Shown one piece after another: positions 1 through 12,000 of a stretch of 64,000 nucleotides of DNA (positions are counted from its first letter, which is position 1; every line of letters begins with the position of its first letter). Made by a program: the position numbers and the translations under genes. The DNA is taken from NCBI GenBank assembly GCA_030141605.1, contig JAQGDQ010000001.1, positions 1,612,001-1,676,000 on the forward strand, read 5' to 3'. The stretch is from Tubiluchus corallicola. Lineage: Eukaryota > Animalia > Priapulida. The notes below the pieces were generated by a model. The model had not been told where the DNA came from, made no database searches, and saw only the letters and a list, made by a program, of their open reading frames with translations.

Positions 1-1674
1 CTGTAAGTAACATGTTGCTTTTCTAGTTAAACGCACAAAAATAATTTGATATGTGCTTCAAACTATTAAACCGAGAATTTTTGTTTGTTCTTAAAATACC
101 GACTGATTTTACAATTCCAGCAGCATCCTGTAGTTACATACGGCAAATTGATTAGTTTCATTAATATTCTATTAATCACACTTTTAATATGGTCTGCTTA
201 ATCAAGTTCCAACGAACCAACAACATGGATTTATCCACATTTTTTACCCAAGAGCTCTCTAAAAATTGAAAGAATTTTGGCTTCAAGTGAAAGTGGTTAA
301 AAACAAAATACCATGTACTCAAATGTAAGTAATGTAATGTTGGTGGCTTTCAACATACTTGTTCAAATAATTGTGTATGCATTGTGCAATGTATTTGCTC
401 AGGTTTATAGCCTATAACATTAATTCATTGATACATTTAAAATCTTATGTTTTAACTGCTAGATGCTCGTAAATTAATCCTCAAGTCATATGACATTTAT
501 TGTTAATATATTTGACCACAACAAAATAATTTTTATTCCTATCCTTTAAAAATAAGGTTTGTTGTACATAGGTTTTTGTTATAGCTTATCAATGACCCTT
601 TGCATCCATTAAATTCTTGAAACTTTATACTGTTGATAATAATTATTCATGGCTATCAAATGGTTGTTGAACAGCGAAATAACGTTGTGACTTTATTAAA
701 ATTACTATGGAAAATTACATTGCCAAAAACTTTGCTGTAAAAATGTCTGTTTTGTCAAAGGAAAAAATACTGTGTATACATATATTTTATATTTTAGTTT
801 TATTTTAACTGTAAATACATTTTACAATTGTACGAAAAGCGAAAAAACTTAACATTAAGCCGAGTTTGATGTTTTGAAAAGTTTGTGACATCATTGGTGA
901 TATCATTTTTTCTTAAAGCTTTACCAATGGATACATTAGTTGCTGGTTCAATATATTGGCAGTCCTGTTTCAAGCAGAGCTGCTCACTGGTTTACTTAAA
1001 CAGGGCAACTCTGTGAAAAATGGATATCTGTGAGAGTAGCAAACGTTTACATGTATTAGCCAGTTTAAGTCAAATGCATTACATAGGAATTAAAAGATAC
1101 AAAATTCAGCGTAACGGAGGAAAAGAGAAAGCAAACTGCTTCATTCATAAAATCAAAATCAAAATAAAAAAAAAATTTTGCACAGACCATTGAACACGGT
1201 GCATTAAAATTTAATGACAAGCAGATTTGTTCTCTTGTTCTTGTAATGAAATCAACACCAGTGCATGCAGAGTGACTAATGTACTGTGACGCAAATGCTA
1301 GTTCTGTTCAGCCTCACAGCCTAGAGAATATTTTGAATTGTTCTCGCTAGCTTTTAACTAATAAGAAACCAAAATAATTGAGAAATGGTGGCACTGACAG
1401 TCTTGAGTAAAAAAATCACTAACAAATAAACTTATTAAATTTGATCACACATTAAAAAACGTGAAAACTTATTGTCATCAACATTACGATAAACTGCTTG
1501 TCATATTTCTGGAAGGAAACAAGACGAAAATGCAATGAATTATATCCAGAGAAACCACTAGGACTCGAGATTTCATAAAAGCCAGGAATTCAGAATTATC
1601 CAGATTCGCCTTAAAGCACATTTCACAGCATTAAAAACTAAATATAAATTCAGCAACAAATGCTTTATGAATCA

Positions 1675-3911
1675 TTAGTCCCACTTTTTCCACTCCATTC
1701 CATCTGGTGGTTTAATCTCAGTCTTTTTTGTACCTATCTCACCCCAGTTAGTGCTGAGTACTGTTCCGCCAGACTCCATAAAGGATTTGTTCATCGCACG
1801 CTTTACATCATCACTTCCGTCCCCATAAATCTGCTGAAAAAGTTTATTTAAAGCTGCTTCCCCTTCACCTTTATCTTGCTTTTCTTCTTTTGTTACTTCG
1901 GCTGCTAATTTGTCCCAATCGTGTGATTTTTTGCTTGAACTTGGGTACTTTAAACAGTCATCATGCTGATCTGAGGTAGCCGTAAACTGTTTAACAGAAG
2001 CTGCATCGACAAGTTTTTCCAGTGCTTCCCAACGTATACCTTCGGCCTTTTTCACCTTTACTTCAATTTTTGTGGATAGAATTTTGTATAAGCACTGACT
2101 CGGAACAATGGTATGGCACAAATTCAGGTGTAAGCAGTAATCACCTTCAGACTCCCTCTTCACCGTCAATATGATGCTGTTTTCAGTATACACTACACTG
2201 ACCATTTCCTGTTTAACATTTCTCAACATTACTGTCACCACCACATACTTTTCAGTTTGATACCAATCATGTTTTATTTTCTGCACAACTGGTGCTGGAA
2301 TTGTTTTTTCGGGTAATGGATCTTCAGATGTTTCTTGCGAAGGCAGTGCAGCCTTACATTGTTGCAACCAAGTATGTGCCAAATCATTTTCTGGGTCTAA
2401 TTGCAAGCAACGAGTAAATGCTTCCAAGGCAGTTGAGTATCTTTGTAAATAGAAGGAAGCAATTCCTTTTCTGTAAAAACAAAAAAACTGATTTTTTATT
2501 TAATAAAATTAAAGTAAATTATAATAAAATTATAAAATTAAATTAAAATTTAATAAAAATTAATCAAATTTATTAAATAATATACAAAATATTGGTCCAT
2601 ACAACAGACAATTTTTGCATACAAGTTTTACTGACACTTGAAGAAAAATCAGTAAGGTTGCATCTTGGCAAATGGAAAAACCTACACAAAAAATAAAATT
2701 GGCATTGGAGGAGTGCGAATTTTCAAGGTTGAATCTTAAAAAAGTGCCGTTCTGTATACCAGCAAGGTTTAAATTGTTAGCAGCTCTTTTATTTGACTGC
2801 AACTTGGCTCAAGCTGTGACACCAAAGATCAGATCAAAACATAATTTTCTACACCATAAAGCATGAAAACTACTTCTTCACTATCAACAGCATATGCAAA
2901 AATTAATCTTTTTTGTGTAGAGGCAGCCTGGGTACGTGCTTCAGTGCTTCAGTACTAAACAGTTAACACACTTGTTTGTGAGTGCACACATAATATTCAA
3001 CATTAGCATTTATTAACAGATGACTATTTATTAATTTACAAGATTCAGTTTTAGTAACACACCTCAAGAAGTTATCAATATGCAAAAACCTATGCAGTGA
3101 AAGGGCTAAACTGCCAACACTAGCATACAGGAGATTAAGAGGCAACATTATAGAGGCTTATAAGATATTAACGAATATATATATATATATATATATATTC
3201 GTTATATATGTATATATATATGTGTGATAATGCTATAAATCCCAATGTTGCAACTGAGCTCGATCACCAGAGTCCATTTATTAAAGTTATACAGTTATAA
3301 ATTGTATAAGAATGAATCATTTTTCACACAGGATTGTAGACGCATGGAATTGTTTACCCAACGATGTCTTAACTCTTATGCACACAATGTGTAGATGTAT
3401 TTAAGAGAAGGCTGGACAAGCACTGGGCTAGGAAAGAGGTAGTGTACAATTACAAAGTCTCCTTCGAGGATACTGATATGAACATAATACACATACGATT
3501 TGGCTAGAAGATTACTTTGCCAAAACAACATAAGGTAAGAATACATGGTCATGCTAAACAAAACATAATTTGTAGTTTTTGGTAATTACCAGCTTTTACA
3601 AAACAGGTACCGGGCAATTATTATTAACTACTTACTAGCCTCAATATACAACAATGTACCTGCGCTATTACGAACCTGTAAATTGACTTTACATCATCAA
3701 TATTTAACTTGATAGCCGTTTCACAATCATTCAAAGCGTCATTGTAATTTTGCAATTTGATATAAGCATGTGCCCTATGCGCATAAAAATCACTACATGA
3801 ATTATCATCATCGATTGCTTTTGAGAACCATTCTGCTGACTTGGCATAGTTTTCTGCTACAAATTCTTCGTTTCCTTTGACAAAATTAACATTATCACAG
3901 GGCGCAGCCAT
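1675..3911 (-). CDS. SUGT1: SGT1 homolog, HSP90 co-chaperone (TPR-CS-SGS), 343 aa, 2 exons: 3911-3676 and 2470-1675
   Basis: Exon 1 (MAAPCDN...KSIYR) is TPR-like. Donor AG|GTTCGT at 3675 and acceptor TTTTTACAG| at 2471 join in phase 2 (YR-KGIASF). CS domain IKHDWYQTEKYVVVTV and SGS domain ALNKLFQQIYGDGSDDVKRAMNKSFMESGGTVLSTNW...PPDGMEWKKWD* are present. CDS is 1032 nt. Confidence 0.97.
3169..3222. repeat. (TA)n microsatellite inside a perfect 36-bp palindrome (3169-3204)
   Basis: taacga-(at)n-tcgtta read directly from the sequence, followed by more TA/TG repeats. Confidence 0.9.
3265..3470 (+). mobile_element. 3' end fragment of a CR1/L2-type LINE in the SUGT1 intron
   Basis: Translates to HFSHRIVDAWNCLPNDV and, after a frameshift, VDVFKRRLDKHW. 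This matches the typical C-terminus of CR1-clade ORF2 (FFxxRVxxxWNxLP...FKxxLDxxW). Confidence 0.8.
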
Positions 3912-4660
3912 TGTGGAACTTTCTCGAAAAACCGAAATTTTGTGGCGAAACTCTGTTGTGGGTACTTCTCTAAGTAGGTGCTGCCATCTATTACTATAAG
4001 ACAAAATTGGTTTGAATCACCGAACTTACAGTTGGGTCAAAATGTTATTTTCGTGACCATTGGTCCGGTTAACATGCTTGATGACTGTTCGTATGGACCT
4101 TTTCAAAAATATTTAGCTCCCAGATCCAGCCCAAAAGTCCCGGCAATTTTTGCTAGAAGGCCAGAGTTAAGGCGTTTCTTGTTCCATCTAATGAAACTGG
4201 GGGAAAATGATCGGCACGTCTTTTCACAAATGACACACTGTTATGTATTTTCACGAAAATCACAAAACTGATTATTCCGAAAGCACTCGCGATTTTCTAT
4301 TTAATCAGGGAGAAAACGAACACGTGTAGTTTTATTAAATGATGCATCGGCGGCATTCATATTTGGCAGTAATACTATGCTACATATAGTTCTGTGTTAT
4401 TACATCAGTGCTTCTGAAAAAAATGTGCTTTTCGGTACTGCGTTGTTGTGGCCAGAGCTTTTTTACGTTTCTCTTCTAATTTTTCTGTGGCTTTTATGCT
4501 TTTCTTATGATTGTGTTTATTGGCGTGTAAAATATTGTCACAGAACATTTCACAAAAGTCGCCAAAATGTTTTAAAAACATTTCTGAGACCAAATGTTAT
4601 ACCGATCGACGCTGTTTGTGAACGCGTTTCTGAAAACGTAATGTTGCATTTTTCGTAATT
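3912..4660. promoter_or_regulatory. Probable divergent promoter region for SUGT1 (-) and the distal RAPGEF1 transcript (+)
   Basis: CpG-richer than the flanks and directly upstream of the SUGT1 ATG. Inr-like TCAGTG at 4405 on +. Plus-strand exon-like segments follow at 5016-5065 and 5983-6139. Confidence 0.45.
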
Positions 4661-4751
4661 TCGATTTTTGTTGGGTATTTTTTATTGAGGGATTTTTATT
4701 GTTTGAAGCATATGCACTTGATTCTTTTTCCTCGCCGATCGTTTTCTAAAA

Positions 4752-4935
4752 CGGGTGGTATAGCTCAATGGTAGCGTGCTCGCTTCATACCCGGGACGTA
4801 GAGGGTTCAACTCCCAACCGTGATCAAAGACTTACAGAAATAATACCGCTGGTTCTTCGACTAAGCGTGTGGGTTTATCAAAGTAACCCATATATATTAT
4901 GCTGTTATCCTTGGACTATGCCCTAAACGAACTTT
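4752..4935 (+). mobile_element. tRNA-derived SINE
   Basis: Pol III A box TAGCTCAATGG (4761-4771) and B box GGTTCAACTCC (4804-4814), with a degenerate cloverleaf and no closed acceptor stem. The body CAAAGACTTACAGAAATAATACCGCTGG resembles MetaSINE-type cores (recalled). The 3' boundary is approximate. Confidence 0.7.
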
Positions 4936-6096
4936 TTATTATTATAAATATACAGTGCTACAAATAAAATTTATTTAATTATGAATAATATTAGTTTTGA
5001 TTTATTTCTAAATAGGTGTACATCAAGTCTCTAAGCTCAATAGCGGCACTAAAAGAATGGAATTGGTAAATGTACGCTTTTTCAATTTCTGTGTATTTGC
5101 TGAAAATTTATTAAACCCGCGAATTCGCAAAACCATTATTATTATGTAGGTAAGGTTGTCAGTTGAAAAACTTTTCCGAATTCTTTCAGAAATGTTTTAC
5201 TTAAACCATTAGGCAACAGATTTCCAAAGTAGATAATCTGCTTTGTTTACCAGCCCTCAAAATTGTTTTAATTTACTATTTTTTTGTTTATTTTTGCCTT
5301 TCGGTAAACAATCACAACCCTCCCCTAAACAGAAACTGAACGGTCTGTTGACTCCGTTTATTACTAGACTGGTAGTAGTGGTCTGTGAAACGTTGTACAG
5401 TACCGTAGAGAAGCGTGAGACGCTGATTTAGTTGACTGTGGTTGTAAATTATGTTGTGCGTGTTGCGTTTGCAAGCTTGATTTTTTAATTCATGCATTTG
5501 TGGTTACCGGCTAGTAGTTGTGTTAAATTTGATATGAATTTCATATACTGTCAAGTATTATGATTTTTTATTAAGATCCATGTTTCTTAAAGTTTGGACT
5601 GGATTTATTTTACCTTTGCGATCTGAAGATTTTTAAGTAAATGATGGAATTAAATTATTTAAAGCATTAATTTTTAACTGAATTTTGGAAACACATTGAC
5701 ATACAAATGATTTCATTTCCAAATTGTATCGTAAGCTTTTGGTATGTGTTAATTTTTGTTCTTTGCTCGTAAATTATAATTTTTTAGAATTAGCTTTAAT
5801 ATTGAAGTTCTTAACTCACTAATTTAATTCAAGTTCAATTCAATCGATTTTTATTTCCTCAACATTCGTTTCACATTATAATATTATGGAAGTAGAAAAT
5901 TTCAATAACATGTGAATAGGAGCAGCGATAAGTGACGTTGTTTTAACAATTTTTTGTTTTGATTTATAATAGGCATATTTAGCTGTTTAATTCAAACTAT
6001 CAAAAGAAGTGATGTTAAAAGTTGCTGAAAGCAAAACTAACTTCTTCAAATACTTGGGAAACTAGCATAGGATTGGGCCCAGACCTTGGTTCTGTG

Positions 6097-9000
6097 ATGG
6101 CTGGGAAGGGAAAGATAGAACAGCATCATTCATGCAAAGGTAAGTAATAAGCATTTCTTTAAATTGACACTTACGATTTCAAATCTAGGACTGAGTGGCA
6201 GGCCTACTTAATTCAGGTTGTTGTGACAAGAGTGAAATTTCACTGATTATCGAGATTTACCATCCAGTCTAAGATGAACCGGTAGAGATGTTTCAGTTAT
6301 GCTTGGACACGTATAGACCTACATTTTACTTAACAAGCCATATTGCCTAAGGACGTTAATGATAACGATAATTATCAATTATCATATCTATACGCAAAAT
6401 TTTGTTTTTATCGTTATCGTATCGATATTATTCTAGGAATATCGTTATCGTGTCGAATTTGCCCCTTATCATTGCTTATCGCTTACCTTTATAAAATTGC
6501 TTCACTGTGCTTTTCTATTTATTTACAGTAATTATGCAAAAAAGTAGATAGAAAGAATTATTTAAAATTATAATCTTCATTGTTGTCATCATGTGCCCAT
6601 TACGTCTATTGTAGACATTGGGCAGGTAGAATTCTAAAATAAAAGAAATCTGCCCTCAAGACAGATAAACAAGGCAGTTAATCCAACAAAAGACTAGACA
6701 CCGTTGTGCTAGGGACTTGTCAGCACCACTTCCAATTTCCAATATTAACTTGTTAGACGCTGAATTATTTTCTTGTATGTTTGCCTGGCAATAACAGCTA
6801 TATCCAATACTTGATACGCACTACTTAGCACATTTTTAGTGTCATTTTCCCAGTCAAGTGCAGTACGCGTAGCTAAACATTTTTATCGTAGTACGTTTAT
6901 CTGTCTCAGCTTACCTATTTATGAATCATTGTGGTATCAACACAGAGAATTTCATGCAGGTGACTTACACTGCTTCAGCACGGTCAGCAGTGACGACTGA
7001 CTGTTTAGCGACTATATAGCGGCATTTATCAGAATCATTTTACTTTTATTAGTGAAGGTTCAAAAACATTCGCCGTCTGTAAGTACTGCAAACGAAAGTA
7101 CTGCTCACATCTCATCTGTTTCCTGGTTTCTTAGTTCTTACTCTGCAAGCACTAACGGCTGCATTTGTCAACCTATTCTATTTACATAAGCACTTTGTAT
7201 ATATGCGAAGTTTGTCCTCTGAGTTCTAGAAATTTATCCAAGCAGAGATACTGGGAGCACATAATAATATAATTATGCGTTATTAGGCCACAGGAAAACT
7301 GACTAACAGTGACAAATGTAGATTCGTGAAGCTAGATCTTATAGTGGCTGCCTATATTCATGTTGTGTATAGTACACCATCTTAATGTTACTTAATATAA
7401 GTGTTGAATGTGATAGCACATTTAAGTAGAATGAATGTAATTAACATTTCATTTTATATTATGTTTGAGGCTCCCTGAAAAGCAGTCTGGCAATGATATT
7501 AAATAAATAGATAGGCCCATTGAGGCTTGAGCTAAAATATAGTTTTTCAAACCCAACATTAACAGTAAATTTTAATAGTAAACAATTATAGTAAAAAATG
7601 TGTGTTCCCACTATAACAACTATTTCTGTTGTTAGAAAAATTACTAACTTCAGTATCCTTCGAAATGATTTATCATATCGTCTAAAAATATATTATCGTT
7701 ATCGTATCATTGGAAAAAATTGTTGTATCGTATCGTCATCGTACTGGTAAATTTGTATCATTTAATGTAGCCAGGGAAGTATGAAACCGCGGAAAAACAG
7801 TTGTCCGTGTGCATGCTGCAATGGAAACTTTAAAAATAGACAGTGTTTACGTTAAGTTTGAAATTTCCAAAAAAAAGTCAATGGTTGATATTCAACTATA
7901 CACATCAGCTCAAACAGAAATTAATACTACGATAAACTTTCTAAAAAGTGAAAAGTGTTCCCTGTTCTGAGCTCCAGCCTGATTGTGCAATCAGAGTTTT
8001 GTAAATTTGTACGTCAGTTGATGAAGTTTGAAATTTTGGTTTTAGATTTTGTAGAAACTACAGTAATCTTCAAGTTCGTTTTAAATTAACTTGAAATGCT
8101 TGTATTCTTGGCCTGGCGCATCCTCGGACAAACAGAAAAAAGCATGGTATTATCGCATATTAATATGGTATATTTAGCTAATTTAGTATCGATAATACAT
8201 TTTGCATGCTTTGCATTAACACAGTTGACAAGAGAATAGCCAAATGATCACGGTATGTATTTAACGGCCGAAGCTAAGAACAGTATTGTAGCTTGTCAGT
8301 GAATTGATGAGTGATCGAGGAGTTCAATACTCGCCATAGAAACTTAAATGGTTTCATTCGTTTTATTGATGATTCTGGCTGTCATCACATTCACATGTGA
8401 CCATTGTATATTAGTTCTGTCTCTTCTAAAGTCTCATCTCATTCATCAATATTCTTTTTATAGTTTAGCACTCTGGAAGTTCAAAGCCAACACCTACTGG
8501 CAAACCTACAACCCTATAGCTGTGAGAGGAACAAAGTCTCACTCAGTATTAAGAATAACCCTCCAAGATGAGGTTGAACTTCCTATTGAGGAGGTCGTGC
8601 CTCCCAGCCACTGAATACTGGACACCGACTTGCAGTGTACCAGTTCTGATTAGCTTTAACAATTAGGTTATTAGTATGGCTGTTCTTATCAGTAGTTGGC
8701 AAGAAAGGAAGTTCGTTACCTTCAAAGGGATTTTCAAATTATTAATATATTTATATAAGAATATACGTATGATAGTCTTGCTGAGATTCTAATATTGGGA
8801 TTTATCATTGAAGTTCTTAAATTTGTTGCTGAATAGTTCTTTTTGTGGTCGCTTCAGAGGAATAGCCCAGAAATCAGTCTTATTGCACAGTTTTGAAGTG
8901 TGTTTAATTTTGAAAAATATTCTGCTTTGACATTCTGAAGTAACATGCAACTATATAAAAAGTGGGGCATTAGTGACGCATTACTAATGTTTTATGTGTG

Positions 9001-12000
9001 AGAACTTCTTGTGTATTCTGTCAGTTACCCTCAGACTTGGCATAGACAAGCTATATTGGCTACCATCTTGTTATGAAGCCTACAAAATCATTTAGCCTGC
9101 AAAGTTATAATTATAATGATTCAGTATTCTAATTTCATGATGAATTCATCATCATTCAGTAGCAGCAGCGCACACAGCATACTATGCATTTAGCAGGCAC
9201 TGATTACACGTCGGCAATTTTTGATAGTTCACAAGGAAGTGTGAATCAATCAACAATGCTGTCAGGAAGCCAGCTGCTAATAACGTCCATTTGCAGTCCT
9301 TCAACATCTGGGCATAAGAAGGCTCATGTGCAGCGACTATTAGAGTAACTTGTGCCTGATTTACACTTTGCTTCCGCAAGAGCGCAAAATATGCCAAAAC
9401 AAAGTCCATGCTCTGGTCACCCTTTAAAATTGCTCAGTTTGGAACGCTCCCACTTGAGCACATTAGCCGAGTGAGCACACTTAATAACATTAATAACAAA
9501 TCGTCCTATAAATGTCGCATGCACCTGACTAAACTACGTAAACAATCCACATTAATTTTAATACTTGGAAGCAAAATCCAGGTAGATGCCTTTTTGTTTT
9601 TACATCCATTACCATATTCATTGGTTATAACTAAAAAAATTCAAGTAAATGTCTTTTTCTAAAAGTAGGTATGTATTAAACATGTTTAAAGCCAAACAAA
9701 TTCAAACAATAAATTTGGTAATAATTCAATAGGCAAGCAAGCAGTTTATCTGGAACTCCCTCTCATCTATTGTTAAACAATCAGTATCACTGGCTATTTC
9801 CACAAGGAAACTGAAACATACCAACTAAGTAGGTTTCAAAAGTCAAATCATTTAAATGATGTTAACTTTAATTCAACTTTTGTATGTCCACGTCCCTGGT
9901 AACTGAATGAGACTCTTTATATTTCAGTAAATACCAAGTTTCTTTAATTATGAATTTGTAATCTATATAAGAAACATTTGTAATATATTATATTTGTATG
10001 TATGTAGTGTGTAATATCAAGATAATTTGGTGTAAGTTTTGTCTGGCATATATTATATATTTTACTATTGTACTGTACTGTACTATGCATTGAGTTTGCA
10101 CCTATGTATGTGAATGTGCATATCGAATTATTGCTTTTAGTTTTCGTTTTATGCTCTCGTAGTTTTTAGTTTTGCACCGATTGCCTTTGCCTTTAACAGG
10201 TTCTCATTTTATTGTAATCCATTTTTTTCGGCAAATAAAGTATTTTCAGTTCATTGTTTAGCCATGGAATACTTGGAATTCATGCAAACCCTCTTGTAAG
10301 ACATTCCACTGGCCCACTTACTGCGCGAATATTGCTCATAATTTATTGGTTTCCGGATGCTAAATATAGGTATTATTTCTTTTCTCTAGCCCTTTATAAT
10401 TCTATCGATGTCTAACATAGGTACAAAAACAAAGCCAGCATAGCTTTGTAAACTTATTAGTGACCTAAATTTCTGAAAAAATGAGAAAGACTTAATCACC
10501 CGTACATTTAATTGCTACAACGTTTAAAAGATTTAAGTAATTTAAAATTTTAGGTTGTTTTGCAATGGTGGGACAGATTTAAACAGTATCTTATTTCGTT
10601 TTTGCAAACAGCTGCCTAAGCTTGGTGTTTAAACTGTTGTGCTTAAATTCATGAAATTCTCCCCAGTGTGAGCCCTGTGATCAAGGTTACAATATACATT
10701 TCAGAGTAATGCTAGAAGTTTATGGGAAGGGAAAGCCCCTGTGGGGTTGCTGTAATGTGAGTAAATGTTTTTTCTAGCATTTAGAAGCAATTATGGCTCC
10801 TGTAAGGGTAGTATCTTTGTAGCTATTAGTGAATGAAATCCATTTAATTAACTAATAGACCTATACTGCGCCATCGTACTCTGGCAGTAGATTTCGTTTC
10901 GGTTTTAAGGTGTAAATACTGACGCTGTAAGGTCTATGAGGGCTGATTGGCGAAGCTTAATTATTGGAAACATTGAAAACGTACGGCGAAGATTTTATAT
11001 GTTAAATTTAACACACACCTGACTTTGTCTAGTGCCATTCACTACTTGACAATGTTCGCAATTTATAACGTTTATTATTTTTATAATAAATTGTGTTTAA
11101 TGAAATCGTGCCACATTATCGTAGAGTTTTTCTTGTCATGATGTATAAACTCTTACATGGAATTAGATAAGTTTGCAAGGCTTGGATGAATTCAGATTTC
11201 AGTTCCAAATCCGTTAGGGGGCCGTATTTGCACTTTAAACCGAGCCATTATGAATAAGTCATGCCTATACCTGTATATTATTACGTTGAAGTGTGACTAA
11301 CCAGTCATACGATGATCGCGACTAATTATCACTTGATTATGCCTGCTCGAATGCAGTTTATTCATGTGTAACTGAACAATTTACCCTATTTTTGCATTTT
11401 GGTTCCTGTCTCGGGTCTTAAACAATTCCAACTGAGCCCTTTACCTCAGGTGTCTCCCCCTGCAGGTTCTGTGAATTCTAGTACAGTATGGTTTCAAAAT
11501 TATTCAATGTTGCGCATGTTGGCTTCTATCTGAAATCTTTAAAGAATTCCAACATTTTAAATGCATGGATAATGGGTACACACCTGGGTGTGTTTGCGAG
11601 TTAACTTAGTGGGTAACCTTAAGAAAAATGGATGCCTAACATTATGGTAATAAAAAAATCAGTGTATGGGTTCTCTTAGATTCGCGCAGCTCGCGGTTTC
11701 GCCATCATTTTTGTTTGTGTTGTTATACCTCCTAAAACTTGTATAAAAATATATCTTCTCGTGTTCGTTTCAGTTTAAGATTGTTTAAGATTGCTTTTAT
11801 TGCCTCAAGGCTATCAGTTTGCTAAAACAACCCATTTTCTGATCTTTCGAGTCATTTTAAATTTCTTCGATTTATTAGATTTTTGTGCATTAATTTAGTG
11901 CTAACTATAATAATAGTCAAGTGTGATCAAACCTTTCATATTCACGGCATTATTTTTCATTTCATACAGTACATATGTACTCACGCCTAGATATTTCACC

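Noticed and set aside
3912-4004. N-terminal extension of SUGT1 shown in the ORF track
   Set aside because: It starts at a non-ATG codon. The ATG at 3911 gives a normal-length protein.
4753-4822. Functional tRNA-Met (CAT anticodon loop)
   Set aside because: The acceptor stem does not close, the anticodon and T stems have mismatches, and a SINE-like body follows.
5016-5065. Coding first exon of RAPGEF1 (ATG GAA TTG|gt)
   Set aside because: Phase 0 is incompatible with the phase-1 acceptor at 25882. It is at most a 5'UTR exon.
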